Source: Parasitella parasitica NRRL 2501
Taxonomy: Eukaryota; Fungi; Mucoromycota
NCBI GenBank assembly: GCA_025201805.1
Contig: MU619377.1
Coordinates: forward strand, 1 to 64,000
DNA length: 64,000 nucleotides
Direction: 5' to 3'
This document shows positions 12,587 to 25,080 of this stretch, one piece after another. Made by a program: the position numbers and the translations under genes. The notes under the pieces were generated by a model. That model ran no database searches and was not told the origin of the DNA. It saw nothing but the letters and a program-made list of their open reading frames with translations. Every line of letters starts with the position of its first letter. The stretch's first letter is position 1.

Positions 12587-13841
12587 TCACTTTAATAAAT
12601 CCATGACAATCTCATAGATGTAAAATGTCACTGCATTCACTGGAAATCCCCGTAGTAATGTAGGCCATAGCCCCCTAAAAAAGACAGCAGCGCCTTCTGC
12701 TTTATAAGACCGCACAACGCAGTCTTTTATGGATGCATATGGACGATCTAACAAAAGTCTGGCATCTTCATTGGAACGACATTGCATCTGTAGTCGGGAT
12801 TTTACAACGTCGATAGGATAGATGGATCCCCATGAAACGGTGCCTGCTATACCTCCTGCTAACAAAAGCTTCCATGCATCATCCCCCGACTTTACTTGCA
12901 ATACTCGTTTCATGCTTTCATATGCCCAAAAATAAACACCGTAGCTCGGTGCATCACGAAACATGGTAATAACACCACCTTGATAGAAGCCTACACAAAA
13001 AAAAAAAGACGAGTTACTAAACAATTCAAATTTGCACCAATCTGTTTAATTTTTACCTTTAAATCCATTCCTTGCATAGATCTCCTTGGTAACTTCCATA
13101 GTAGCCTTTGGTATTTTGGTCATTTGCGCTTGAATCTTGATCAAATCTGTTGGCGTCGAAAAGAGGAAACAAGCAACGCCAGCACCAGCACCAGCTAGAT
13201 AAACTTGAAGCAATGATGGCTCAAACGGTTCCGCATTTGGGGACGATATATATTGACTCTCAAAATAACGAATAATGGAGCCGTAAGAGACAAACAAGAG
13301 AGCATTCAGACCAGCTAATCCAACTATTGGCGACAAAACACCTTTGAACATAGACTCCAACTGTTTGGTTCTATCCTGTTAATGCTCCTCTGCCCTCTCT
13401 TTAGCTCCTCACTTTTTTAGCCTACCCCTTCGGTTTGCACCATTTTCCTCAATGTTTGCCATGATCCCATTCGGTTGACTGGTTCCGACCCAATTGACTG
13501 GTGGTTGCCGGTGCAAGTAGGTGCTTGCAGGCGTGCCTATTGTGCAAGCATCATGTTGTTAGAGATCCAACTTTATCTGAAAACAGGTCATTTGTTTACT
13601 TTCAGGACATCGAGTGGACTTCCGACTATAATTCCTGCTGCACCTCCAATCCAACCTAGAATAAAAGTATAAATATGTAGAATTAAAAAGAAAGAGAGAG
13701 AGAGAGAGAGGGTTAAAATATGCCAATTCGAGGGTTGTACAGTATCGCTTACCCGCTATGAAATCATTCACACTTTCAGCTATTGCGTTTACAAATGTTA
13801 ATACATTATCCTTGATTTGCGTTTAGTTGAATCTTACCCAT
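12587..13841 (-). CDS. Mitochondrial carrier (SLC25 carnitine/basic amino acid carrier-like), multi-exon
   Basis: Three PxDxxKxR/Q carrier signatures (PLDVLK, PTDLIKIQAQ, PIDVVKSRLQ), FRDAPSYGVYF and RGFPVNAVTF. Start inferred from a 4-nt first exon. Confidence 0.88.
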
Positions 13842-14957
13842 CCAATATAAAAACAGATGTATACAGGGAAGAAATCAGGGAAAAAAAAACTTGTGATCAG
13901 TCATTCTATTAAATATATTGAATTCGACCGGGATTCAAACATTTAGAATGCGGGGAGCCATAGTATATTAACGAGAGTTGCTCTGGAGTTCATTTCTGAG
14001 TAAGATTACAATATTGCTTACCAATGTTGCATATGTTTACCAGCTCTAAACAAACAAACAAGTTAGAGACAACAGTTCGGATCGTTTTTTAATTGGCGGT
14101 AGCATGACACCTTTGGTAATTCTCTTGAATAAGAGCGAGACTATTGAGAGACTAGTATTGCTTATAGTCTTGAAACTAGGAGCTATACTATATAATCATA
14201 TACATGACAGACTATCAGAACAGATGATATACCTGCTTACTTGGAATCCCAATCATATCATATTTTAGCGGCTCTTTTTAGCTAAATTACAGTGAAACGA
14301 GATGTTAAAGATTTTTTCAGGCACTATTTTCGAGAGCGGAAAACCTGTCAAATCGTCAAACAATGTACCGTATAATACTCCTAAGCCAAGTCTTGCTAAT
14401 ATAAGACTGAATCGCTCAAATTCTTTATACCCGAATTTCTTTTTTTTTTTTTTTTTTTCACAAATTCATGAAGTAATGAAAAAAATCTGCACCTCTGCTG
14501 CCGTTTATATGATCATATTTAAAGCATAATTCAAGGCTCCACAGACTGGCATCAAAAAGCCATGTATGTTTGCCATGTCGAATTGAAAAAATATTTACGA
14601 AAAGAGGTGTTTTTTATTCTTTTTTTCAAAAACAGTGCTAGTGCTTTAACCTCTTTCAGATCTTTACTCGAAAGATTTTTTTTTTTTAATATTTTTGATA
14701 AAAATTCAACGCATCAAAAACACTCTGCTTACTATAAAGAGCATATGATGTACACACAGGGATTTTTTTTATTTGGCAAGAAATGCATGAAAAATACAGG
14801 TGTTTGATGCATTGCGCTTGCGGAGACTTGAAGTCTGCGCATTTTCCATCATCGTTCTACAAGATGTTGAATCTCTGTGGCACACATTTTCTGATATAGT
14901 AATAGCGGGGAGAAGAGGGCTGCTGCGGGTATTTTGGTTTTCGATTAATCTAGTAGC

Positions 14958-15395
14958 TTATTGAATAACGCACGGTTCCTTATTTAACGGCTTCCCCTTT
15001 TCTTGCACTAACCGAGGATTTTGCCATGTTGGATTAGCTTGTACATACTCTGGTTTGGGCTTCGCTTGAACCCCTCCCCCTCCCTCGTCTTTTTTTTTAC
15101 TACCATCCTTAGCACCGCCGCCGCCGCCGCCGCCGCTACCACCACCACCGCATGCTGGAGAAACAGCAGCCATAGCATAACCGTAAGGCGAATTGAAATT
15201 GAACACCAAATTAGGCCCCATTCCGCCGATACCAGGACAGCCACTGCCCATTATTGGAGCTACCATTATAGGACCACCTCTTGCTGGCAGTGGAGATCCA
15301 GCAGATATTCCCAATGTCCTCATATCTGCGTCTGTCATTGGAGGCATGTTGACTTTTTTCGGAGGAGGAGGTGGTGGAGGTAAAGTATCTGGCAT
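14958..15395 (-). CDS. Hypothetical Pro/Gly-rich protein (~145 aa)
   Basis: Intronless open frame from ATG (MPDTLPPPPPPP...) with GC content above the flanks. No recognisable domain. Confidence 0.55.
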   Translation of the reverse strand: MPDTLPPPPPPPKKVNMPPMTDADMRTLGISAGSPLPARGGPIMVAPIMGSGCPGIGGMGPNLVFNFNSPYGYAMAAVSPACGGGGSGGGGGGGAKDGSKKKDEGGGGVQAKPKPEYVQANPTWQNPRLVQEKGKPLNKEPCVIQ

Positions 15396-15521
15396 TGCCG
15401 TTTTAAATTTGATCGAGACAACAAAACGTAAAATTTCCAAGAAAGAAAGAAAAAAAGAAAGGAAATGAAAAGCTTATTGTTATTCCCTATTTTGGCCACT
15501 TGAACGAAAACATTTAGAATA

Positions 15522-15645
15522 CACTAAATCCTGAAATTATTGGGACACTTACAAAAAAAAATTAGAGACAAAATTTAATTTTAAAATCAGACAGGAAAAA
15601 TGAAATAATTCAAACATTTGGAAAAAAAAATATGGGACAAGAAAA
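15522..15645 (+). repeat. Left terminal inverted repeat (124 bp)
   Basis: Exact reverse complement of 17110-17233 by eye, including the A9/T9 runs. Confidence 0.95.
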
Positions 15646-15717
15646 GCTTAAAAAAAGGTGCAATAAAATGAAAATTATTCGTTCAATTTCAGAACTTTTT
15701 TATTACTATTAAACAAA

Positions 15718-17055
15718 ATGGAATTTGTACACGAAGACGGAAAGGGAAATGCATATAACGAAGAAGGCGAAGAAGTTGTTGTAATTGGAATGGAAGTAGA
15801 TAATGATAATTATCCTCTCAATGATGTAACAGATTTTGATCAATATGTCGATCTTAAACCTCCAGAGAAAACAGCAAGCGCATCAAAGAAAAGGGTCTAC
15901 AGCAACACAACAAAAGAATCAATGACCGAAGATACTTCGAGCCCTGGAACATATAGAAACTACAAGAAAGAAGATATGGATTTTTTTTTCTTCCTCATAA
16001 ATGAAAAAGGAATGTCAATCCGAGGTGCTGCAACTAAGCTCAAGATTCCCCACAATACTTGCTACAACTGGTATAAGAAAAGTCTTGAGGTTGGTGACGA
16101 TTTTGTTCAGCAAAGAAAATCCGGTAGTGGGCGACCTGTAGGTAGACCAGCTACTCTCACAGACGAACATCAAGATCATCTACTTCAGATCGTTGATGAT
16201 GATGCAGGATTGACCCTCGATCAAATGTTAGACAGGATGACTGATAAATTTGCTGATCTCAAAGTTTCAAAATCTGCGTTCCATACTTTCGTTACCAAAA
16301 AGTGCTCTATTACATGCAAGCGGGCACATTTTCATTCATTGGAAAGGAATAGTCCGGAGAAAATCCAAGAAAGGTTTGAATGGGTTGATTACTGGCACAA
16401 TCACACAGACTTGGATTATGAAAATAACTGCGTATTTATCGACGAAGCTGCTTTTCATATTAATATGAAGCGCACTTACGCCTGGTCACGAAAAGGAACA
16501 AGAGCAGTTGTTAAAACACCTAAGACAAGAGCAAAGACAACTACTATTCTTGGTGCGGTATCACCACACGGTGTTGTTAACATTAAGGTCAGAGTCCCAA
16601 AGGTTGTAAGCACTGCCTCATCCAAAAAAAGAAAGGTAGATGGTAATAGCACAGCGGTTTCAATTGTAAAAGGCAAAGGTGGCACAGTTACTGGCCATTA
16701 TTTCAACTTTATCTCCAGCACCTTGGACATCATGGACAAATACGAGCTCTTTAAAGGCCATTATTTGATCATGGATAACGTACCTATTCACAAACATGAA
16801 GATATCAGAAATCTGATCCAAGTACGTGGGTATGGTTGCATTTATTTGCCATCTTACTCCCCTGAGCTAAACCCAATTGAACAATTTTGGTCTGTTTGTA
16901 AAAGCAAACTCAAAAGAGAAGCACTCTTGGAAGAAGAAACTTTAACTACACGTATTAGGGATGCTTGTAATAGTGTTCTTTTGAGTGATTTAAAGGGCTT
17001 TTGTAAATACTCAGTAGATAAATTTGATGTTTGTCTCGCAAAGAGCCCTCTTTAA
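15718..17055 (+). CDS. DD34E transposase (445 aa)
   Basis: HTH region (MSIRGAATKLKIPHNTCYNWYK, GRP). Catalytic FIDEAAF, LIMDNVPIH and LPSYSPELNPIEQFW, with 34 residues between the second D and the E. Confidence 0.95.
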   Translation: MEFVHEDGKGNAYNEEGEEVVVIGMEVDNDNYPLNDVTDFDQYVDLKPPEKTASASKKRVYSNTTKESMTEDTSSPGTYRNYKKEDMDFFFFLINEKGMSIRGAATKLKIPHNTCYNWYKKSLEVGDDFVQQRKSGSGRPVGRPATLTDEHQDHLLQIVDDDAGLTLDQMLDRMTDKFADLKVSKSAFHTFVTKKCSITCKRAHFHSLERNSPEKIQERFEWVDYWHNHTDLDYENNCVFIDEAAFHINMKRTYAWSRKGTRAVVKTPKTRAKTTTILGAVSPHGVVNIKVRVPKVVSTASSKKRKVDGNSTAVSIVKGKGGTVTGHYFNFISSTLDIMDKYELFKGHYLIMDNVPIHKHEDIRNLIQVRGYGCIYLPSYSPELNPIEQFWSVCKSKLKREALLEEETLTTRIRDACNSVLLSDLKGFCKYSVDKFDVCLAKSPL

Positions 17056-17109
17056 GGTGTAATTGATTTGGTACATTTGGGGCATCAGATTTCGTTTGAA
17101 ATAAATTAT

Positions 17110-17233
17110 TTTTCTTGTCCCATATTTTTTTTTCCAAATGTTTGAATTATTTCATTTTTCCTGTCTGATTTTAAAATTAAATTTTGTCTCTAATTTTTTT
17201 TTGTAAGTGTCCCAATAATTTCAGGATTTAGTG
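17110..17233 (-). repeat. Right terminal inverted repeat (124 bp)
   Basis: Exact reverse complement of 15522-15645. Confidence 0.95.
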
Positions 17234-17486
17234 TATCATCAACATTTTTGTCGTTTGATGTTGTGTTACTGATGTGGTGTATTTTGCAACAAGTATACGT
17301 CACTAGGCGAGTAAGGGCAAAAACGCATTCGTGAACATGTTTGTGCGGTTATTCAAAGAAATTCCCAATTACAATATTGCAGTGAAATGATGAATTGTTT
17401 GATTCTCCCTTTTTCTTCTTTCTCTTTCCATTTGACCAAAGGAAAGTGGTTGCTATTGTTCATCCATATCACATACACAAAACCAG

Positions 17487-19284
17487 ATGCCTAGTATTAG
17501 GATCAACGTTAGACCGTCTACAGGTCAGATCTTTCAAGTTGACGTAAACACTGAAAGCACAACTGTTCAGGAGCTCAAGCAATTAATTGGCGAGAAAATG
17601 GAAAATACGGATGGCTCTACTTTAAAGCTGGTTTTCTCTGGTAGAATCCTAAAGGACGAGGATCAAGTGAATGATTGCAGTAAAGTATTTCTGATGCGAA
17701 AGAAAGAAAAAAAAAAACAGGCCATATGTATACTAACATCCTATATCAGAAATTACTGCTGGAAGTACAGTTCACGTTGTTCGTTCAGGTGGTAATAAGG
17801 CTCCTTCTGCTGCTGCTGCTGCTGCCACAGCAACAACTACTGCTACATCTTCCTCACCAGCCTCCTCATCTACTCGTCAAGCAGCAGATCCAATTCCTCC
17901 AATCCCCCCTACGCCTAGCCCTTCTACCTTGACAGGTCTCGGTGGCAATCTTTCCTCTGCCTCTCCCTTCGGTGACATGCAAATGCCAAACATGGATCCT
18001 GAAGTTATGCGTCAAATGATGGATTCGCCATTCATGCAGAATATCATGGGAAATACAGGTTTGATTTTGATTTGTTTGATTTGTTTTGCAAATTTAACGA
18101 TGCTTACATGTATATAAAAGATTTTGTGCGTTCCATCATTATGAGCAATCCTCAAATGAAGGCACTCATCGAGCAAAACCCAGAGTTGGGCCATGTAATT
18201 AACGATCCTGCCTTTTTAAGACAGTCTATGGAAATGATGAGGTACGCACAAGATTGCAGAGAAAACATGCTGCTATTAACCACCGACATTTAGGAATCCT
18301 GAATTGATGCGAGAAATGCAGAGAAACAACGATCGTGCCTTGTCCAACATTGAAGCAATTCCTGGAGGATTCAACCACCTGCGTCGAATGTACAACACCT
18401 TTCAGAGTCCAATGGAATCTGCTATGACTCCTGGTAGCTCATCTGACGAAGCAAACAATCAACGTTTAGCAAGAGCATTGAATGTTGAAAGTCTACCTGA
18501 AAATTCCTTGAACACACAAGCATTGCCTAATCCCTGGGCAGCACCTGCTAATAACCAAAGTGGCTCCAACAACAGCACAAGTGCTTTCAACAGTAACTCC
18601 AACAATGCCGCTGCTGCTACTGCTGCTAATCCATTTGCTGCGCTTGGTGGATCTGGTGCTGGCGGCGCTGTAAACCCTTTGACTGGTAAGATTTGACAAT
18701 GTCTTTTGAAAAGCCTATGATTTGGCTAATGCCATCCGTTATTAGCGTTGCTTGGTGGTGCTGGTGGTGGTGCTGGTGGTACTGGTGGATCTATGTTTCC
18801 TTTTGGCGGTGAAGCTCAGCAACAGCAACAGCAACAGCCACAGCAACCATCAACACAGCAACAACAGACACCATTTTGGGCGGATCCCAACTTTGTCCAA
18901 GCTAGCATCAGATTGCAACAAGCCATGATGGCAGGACAGCAAGCCCAAAATAACAACACCACCAACACCAATACAACTAATACTAACCAGCAACAAAATT
19001 TATTACAGCAAATGATGATGGGTTTCCCTGCTGGTGGATTTGGGTAAGTATCTGAAATGCAGTCTATTGTCGTTGGGTGATGAATCTAACAGGTTTATAG
19101 CGGCTTTTCCGACTCACAAACACAACAACCACAGCAGCCTACTGAACCACCAGAGGTTCGCTACAGAGATCAATTGGCACAACTAGAGGAAATGGGATTC
19201 TCAGAAAAGTCATCAAACGTTCGTGCTTTATTAGCTACGGGAGGGGATGTACAGGCAGCTATTGAATATTTGTTGTCAATGTAG
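17487..19284 (+). CDS. DSK2: Ubiquilin/Dsk2 (UBL-STI1-UBA), multi-exon
   Basis: UBL ([10 protein letters not shown]), STI1 repeats ([21 protein letters not shown]; [25 protein letters not shown]), ALPNPW, and UBA ([18 protein letters not shown]...[12 protein letters not shown]). Confidence 0.95.
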
Positions 19285-19469
19285 CAGCCTTGTTTTGATA
19301 TATAGTATATTATATATATATATTAATCGTAATAATAAATACACCATATGTTAATCATTTAGATCAAAAATCAGTATTATAGAGCAGTTAAGAGCATGTT
19401 ACCATAAACAAAGCATAGTAGTAAAAGTAGTAGTAAGTATAATCAATAAGCTAGTACGTCAAGCGTAGA

Positions 19470-22400
19470 TTAAGTGGATTTATAAGGGGGATTGACTAAT
19501 GATACAGAACTTGGGGCCATCTGTTGGGGCAGATTCAATTCACTCAACAACGCATTCATTTCATTCGATGGCATAGAAGGAGGGGGAGGAGGAGGCCTTG
19601 AATGAGCCGATAAAGAATTGCTTTGAGTTGAGTCAGTATCTATATCATCATCCACCGCTGTCTGCGCTACTAGGGCTTCTTTCAACGTGGCCACTCGGAT
19701 ACTGCTCCGTTTGTCTTCAATCGATATGGGTGAACGCTAGAGTGAAGTATGTCAATTGCCTAATTTACGAAACATACCATGTTTGTAGGCCTACCTCCAT
19801 TTCTGCATGCTCCCAAGGGCTTGCTAGTCTAAGCTTATTCTCTGTTGACTCGATCAGAATCCTTGAGCGTATGGTTTGATCGTTTCTCACTAATATTACA
19901 CTGTTTTAGTTACATACATCAAATTGGGGAGAATTGATAGCCAACATACAAAATGCATCCGATCCCCATTTGGCAAATAGCTTGGCCTCCAGATCTAGCC
20001 CATAAGTGTCTGTTTCATCCCGTAAATTGCCTTCCTTTGAAATCAGCTCGACAATTGTACTTCGATGAATCCATGCCGTATTTGCTTTCGTCACTGAATC
20101 GTCAACGCTAATAGAAAACAGCTCGGGTTCGTTGATAGTGTTGTCGACAGACTCTGTCAATAAAAGGTCGTCTGAATGTGTTCCTCTTTTTGCTTTAATG
20201 GTGTTGACGTAGTCCAGCAAGGGCTGGATCTTGTAAAAATCTGCAACCATGGCAAACCAAGAGATCAGGGCAGACTCGATTGCATACTGTCTTGTCTGCA
20301 AGGTTATCTCGTCGTCTTGGATACATTGTTGAATCTTGAAAATGAGAGGCACAATTAACGTTGTTGCATCAATTCCAAATTTACGGTTGAGGAGGCATAA
20401 GTAGGCGTAAAAAAATCTTAAATCGGTAATGTTGAAATCTGATATCAAAATCCAATCTAGCATAGTGTGAATTAAGCGATCGACGAATATAGTGTCGTGG
20501 TATTCAGTCAAGGAGTGTTTGGGATATTTGCTATAAAAATCATGTCAGATGTGATCCAATCAAGCAAAATAGAGCCTTACTCTGTTGAGTCAAAAGACAC
20601 TTTGGATGGGATGTTCTGTAGGAAGCCATACAGGCATCTAGCAAAAGTCATACGGGTTTTGGAGTTTTTCTCATATAATAGGCCGAGAGCTGGACACCAT
20701 GCAGCCAGTGGGATCTGTGTGCCTGCGATTCTAAGTTCTGCTTCGCTTGAATCAGGTGTAATTGCTGATTGGGATCCTTGGACAACGCTATCCAAGCAGC
20801 ACAAGACAATGGATCGATAATCGTGGATCAACATGCCATCTACCTGTTCCAACGAAGTACTGGTTCGCAACTTGGAAGTCAGGTACCCTATCATATCGTT
20901 CAATTGGTTGTCATAATAGTTCTGTGTTGCTAAACCACCGATAGAATGAACAAGGCCATGTTGTATAAAGTGGGCATGGCTACTCTTCTTTTCCGCATCG
21001 TTGATTCCTTGCTCAATTCCATTAGTAACGACAGCAGATGCATTGAACGAATGATACTGAGTTGTTTTGATAAGGAGAGTAAATAATGCATTCAGTACTT
21101 CCAATACAGAGATGCCGACAAGAGGCACATTTGCATTAAGAATTGAATCGAGTGAGGAAATCAATGCCGCATGTTTATTATCCATAACATTTTGTTCTTG
21201 GTTGTTGCCGGCGTCCAATTGTTGCAATAGATCTGATACTAGCAGATGTCTGTATTGGGGCTGTGGAACCAAGGAGAATGTTTAATAAGGTAAATGAGTG
21301 CGTTCTTGATAGCTTTTTTTTTTTTACCTGTAGAGAATCCAACACTAATTTCATAATTTTTACAGTCAAATGAGGAGGCCACCATTTCTCCTTTTCATCC
21401 AAATAGCTAGAAATAGAGTTTTAATCGCTCGTTTTCAATAAATGTTATCGTACAAAAGCCTACATGAATAGAGGAACAAGAGAAAGCCTGACAGAAGGTC
21501 CAGTGACCTTGTTGAATAGGATGGATACTGTATGTGCTGCTATTGATTCAATGATTTCAGGGTTAACTCTGTTATTATCCAATGCTGAATCTCGAATATC
21601 AACTGTGCCATCGCTGTATAAAAAGATGGTTACATGATAATCCTGTTCTAGATGATACTGCTTGAATTACCTTGTGTTCAGCTCTGCTTTAGCTGGTTTT
21701 GAAGCCATAGTAATGATTAAAGGAGGCAGTAAAATGCTTAATTGCATTTTAAAATTAGAAGATTGGAGAGCTCCTGACGTTACGGCAGCTTGAACAGCTC
21801 GATGGCCGATATAACTCATCCTGTACATGTTAGTTTTAAATCCCTCACGTCAAATACCAGTCTTTCTTACTTTAATGCAAATGCTTGGTCTTCGTTAGTA
21901 TAATAATTGCAAAAACTTGAAAATTTGCTTAGCAGAGATTCATAATCAGTTGTAAAACTTGAGTCCACACCTAGCGTTGTGCCATCATGATAGCTACAAA
22001 AAACAATGAACTATAAGCATATCACATTAGCTTCCAGCAATTTTTGTTTGAATTGTATCAAATTTACAGTTTCACAGCTACGGTCGATGATCTCTAGATC
22101 CCTTGTATCGACCAGTAAACTTAATATCTTTACAATGTACTTGGAAAATATGTTTAAATCTCGATTGCAGGTCTGAATTAACGCTTTCACAATCTGCAAA
22201 GTGACCAAATTATTACTATCCATGACTAAATGTAAGCAACATTTTCAAACTGAATTGGAAAAGAAAACAAAAACAAAAAAAAAAGGGAAATACATACGAT
22301 TTTCTTCCCTTTCTTGTATCTTTTTCAGCTTTTTTTTGTAGAAAAGAGCCGACTTTTGTCAGTTTTGCAGGTCTTGAGCTCGCATAAAAAGTCAAGTAGC

Positions 22401-22506
22401 TAAGCTCGGAAGAACGAGGTATAGCGCTTCCATCTTTTAATGGCGGATAGCAATTATTGATCAGAGTAGCATGTTTAATGTGAACACAAGGAATACAGTT
22501 AACCAT
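19470..22506 (-). CDS. EFR3: Plasma-membrane PI4K scaffold Efr3 (multi-exon)
   Basis: Cys-containing N-terminus, KHATLINNCYP, ELSYLTFYASSRPAKLTKVGSFL, PQYRHLLVS..L, VGISVLEVL and QNYYDNQLNDM. Confidence 0.92.
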
Positions 22507-23177
22507 TGTTTTTTTGTGGGGAATGATTAGTATGTAAGGAAAGGAAAAAGGAGTGCGTAAAGAGTGATGGAAGATGGATTTTCTGAACCAAAAGGGAGGA
22601 AGAAAAAGGAAACTGAGCATCATTATTGCACACATTTGTGTGTTTCGGAGTTACCCATCTAACACAACAAAGCACCACTCTCTTTTCATTTGGGATTTCA
22701 TTAGTCTGCCAGTCAAGAGGTCAATTGATGCAAATATGCCGCATAGCAACTAGATGGCAGTGCCTCCCATTAAATTAACAAAAAATCTATTGTTTTTGCC
22801 AAATAACTTGGTCTCTAAAGTGCAGCAAATTTGCTGCCATGTGGAGGACACCAATACTCACCTTTTTTTTTTTTTTTTTTTTTTTTACAAGCACTCATAT
22901 GCCATGGCCTCAAGAAAAAATCGCCACGATGCTGGTTTCATTGTATCTATTTTCAGACTGCAATCGATGGTAGAAACCATTGTCTAGCGAAACATGTAAA
23001 GCTTCAGTGCCTTGAATCCCAGTTGAGCAAGGCTTGGGTGACGTAAAGAATCACCAAAAACAAGCAGAATGTTTTTTTTTTTTTGTCAGTCGTCTGGAGA
23101 TGTCGCGAGGATCAAAGTATGCGGGGGGTGACATATTTTTGTTTATTTCAGTCCTTTCTTTATTCATCAAACCCATC

Positions 23178-23619
23178 ATGTCTGTCGAAAACAGAATCTC
23201 AAGTGAAGACATTTTAGCACAAAAGGTATATATAAATCTCGCAGTTCTAAAGACGTATTAGCATTTTGAAAAGTAACATTCAATTGTGATAGTGGGATCA
23301 AACCATCTCTAATTTTGTTGTGAAGACTGGCCTTGGTTTAAGCGTAGGTATTGTTGCCTCTGCCTTATTATTCAAGAGTAAGTTGGAAGTGTTGAAATCG
23401 GCAATGAGTTTGGTTTTCAAACGTTGTTCTTAGAACGTAGCTGGCCCATTGCTGTCGCCACTGGTTGGGGTTTTGGTGTTGCTTATGCCGATGCTCAAGT
23501 AAGATTACAACATTAGCATCTGCAATTCATCAATTAACGAATGATTTCGTGTGTAGCGTATTTTCCATCCTTCCAACATTCCAGGCGCCAAGTTTGAGAA
23601 AGAGAAGCCTACAGTTTGA
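23178..23619 (+). CDS. MIC10: MICOS subunit Mic10 (multi-exon)
   Basis: Spliced product MSVENRISSEDILAQKWDQTISNFVVKTGLGLSVGIVASALLFK-RSWPIAVATGWGFGVAYADAQ..., with GxGxxxG and GxGxG TM motifs. Confidence 0.9.
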
Positions 23620-25080
23620 AAGAAAGTTATATCCATTTGCAGATAGGAGGAAAACCAAGAGAAATGTGAGATTATTATCAAATAGAAGCAAGAAATTCAA
23701 ATAAAAAAAATATTGCATACTGATGGTTTCAAACTTGAGGAATTAAGTATGAACTATCGACTAGTAACAGGATATGTATGGCTGCTAACCCTTCCCACCA
23801 CCACCACCACCACCACCCAGACATCAAGCTCATTTTCGAAATCTTTGTTGCAAAGAAAATTATCGATTCGACAATTGGATCAAGTCTTTAGCCATTCACC
23901 ACCGAGTAGACAGAGTGATAGTACAACCTCTCAATGTTAGCTAGTTTACCTGAGGTTTGGTTTTTGATAGGGATAGATCTCATTTTGCTCAAATGATTGA
24001 AAACAAATTATGCGTCAATGACCAATCTTGAGACGCTTGCATTAGACGTGTAATCAATCAGGGCGCATAGCATACATCAATCCAACAACTATCATGAAAT
24101 GAATGAAATAATGTGGTATATAAAGTGTAAGCTGCAGCTTTTATTCGCAAAACAATGGTCTATAATCAGTAATTAACTTGCTGATTCATGTTATCTCAAG
24201 TACGTTACTGGAAGCACCAATGCTTATGTTATCTGGAGCAGTAACTTTGAAAAGCTGCAGATTATCGCTCAGATGTCTCTTTTTACGCCGCATGCAATCC
24301 TCGAACGTTTCTGGAGTAAGCACAAATAAGGTATCATATCCATGAATCCATCATTAGCTGCGTACAAGAAAGACGTACTGTAAATGTTCGCATCGCAGGA
24401 CTGGAATTCACTAAATTTGGTGCTCCCCCATCAAAAGGAAGACAATTTGGTCACTACCAATGACAGTTTGTGCTGTCGAGGACCTTTGATATCAAATTGC
24501 TCCGATCGGCAGATAATGCATTGTCATAGGAATACGGTACAGAAGCTATGTTTGCAGAGAATAGTAACGAAAAAAGTAACTAGACGGTATGCAGAGATGG
24601 ATAAATGTCAAATATCACATTCACGATTGTGAGTCTGCTTGGGCACATCGACTCAAGCATGCATTGAGTCGTTCATTATTGAGTTGTGGTTTTTGATCGA
24701 TCGAACAGGAAATCCATACAATTGTCAATTATTTGCCTCGAAACATGTAAAGATGTGAGCAATGCCAGATTTTCATTCAAGTTGAATGATCATAAGCATA
24801 CATTGCGAACTCCTCCATTCAAACTTGCGCGTGTTACATATTGCTTTCTGCTCAAAACTGATCCAGCATTCAGCAACGAGACGTAATGACCTCATCCTTT
24901 TGTCCGCATACCTGTGATTCGAATAAATAACGATGAACTGCAAATAAAATCGGTAAAATTCTAACAAGAAAAACTACAAATTAATGCGGGTATCAACTAG
25001 CAATATAATCACTTTAACACTGCATGAAGTAGCAACAAAGATTTACCCATTGATCTCTTTACCCACTAAACTAATACTTG

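Larger units (their letters stand above)
15522..17233 (+). mobile_element. Full-length IS630/Tc1-mariner (DD34E) DNA transposon
   Basis: Perfect 124-bp TIRs (15522-15645 and 17110-17233), TA target duplication (15520-15521 and 17234-17235), and a single intact transposase ORF. Confidence 0.96.

Noticed and set aside
13915-13995. tRNA-like T-loop GTTTGAATCCC on the minus strand
   Set aside because: No acceptor, D or anticodon stems can be built.
15522-17233. Fanzor/TnpB cargo in the transposons
   Set aside because: The element holds only the transposase. No RuvC or zinc-ribbon motifs were recognised here, in the Helitron or in the decayed Tc1.
24649-24671. Hairpin CGACTCAA-GCATGCA-TTGAGTCG as a transposon terminus
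   Set aside because: No CTRR end, partner repeat or TSD was found nearby.
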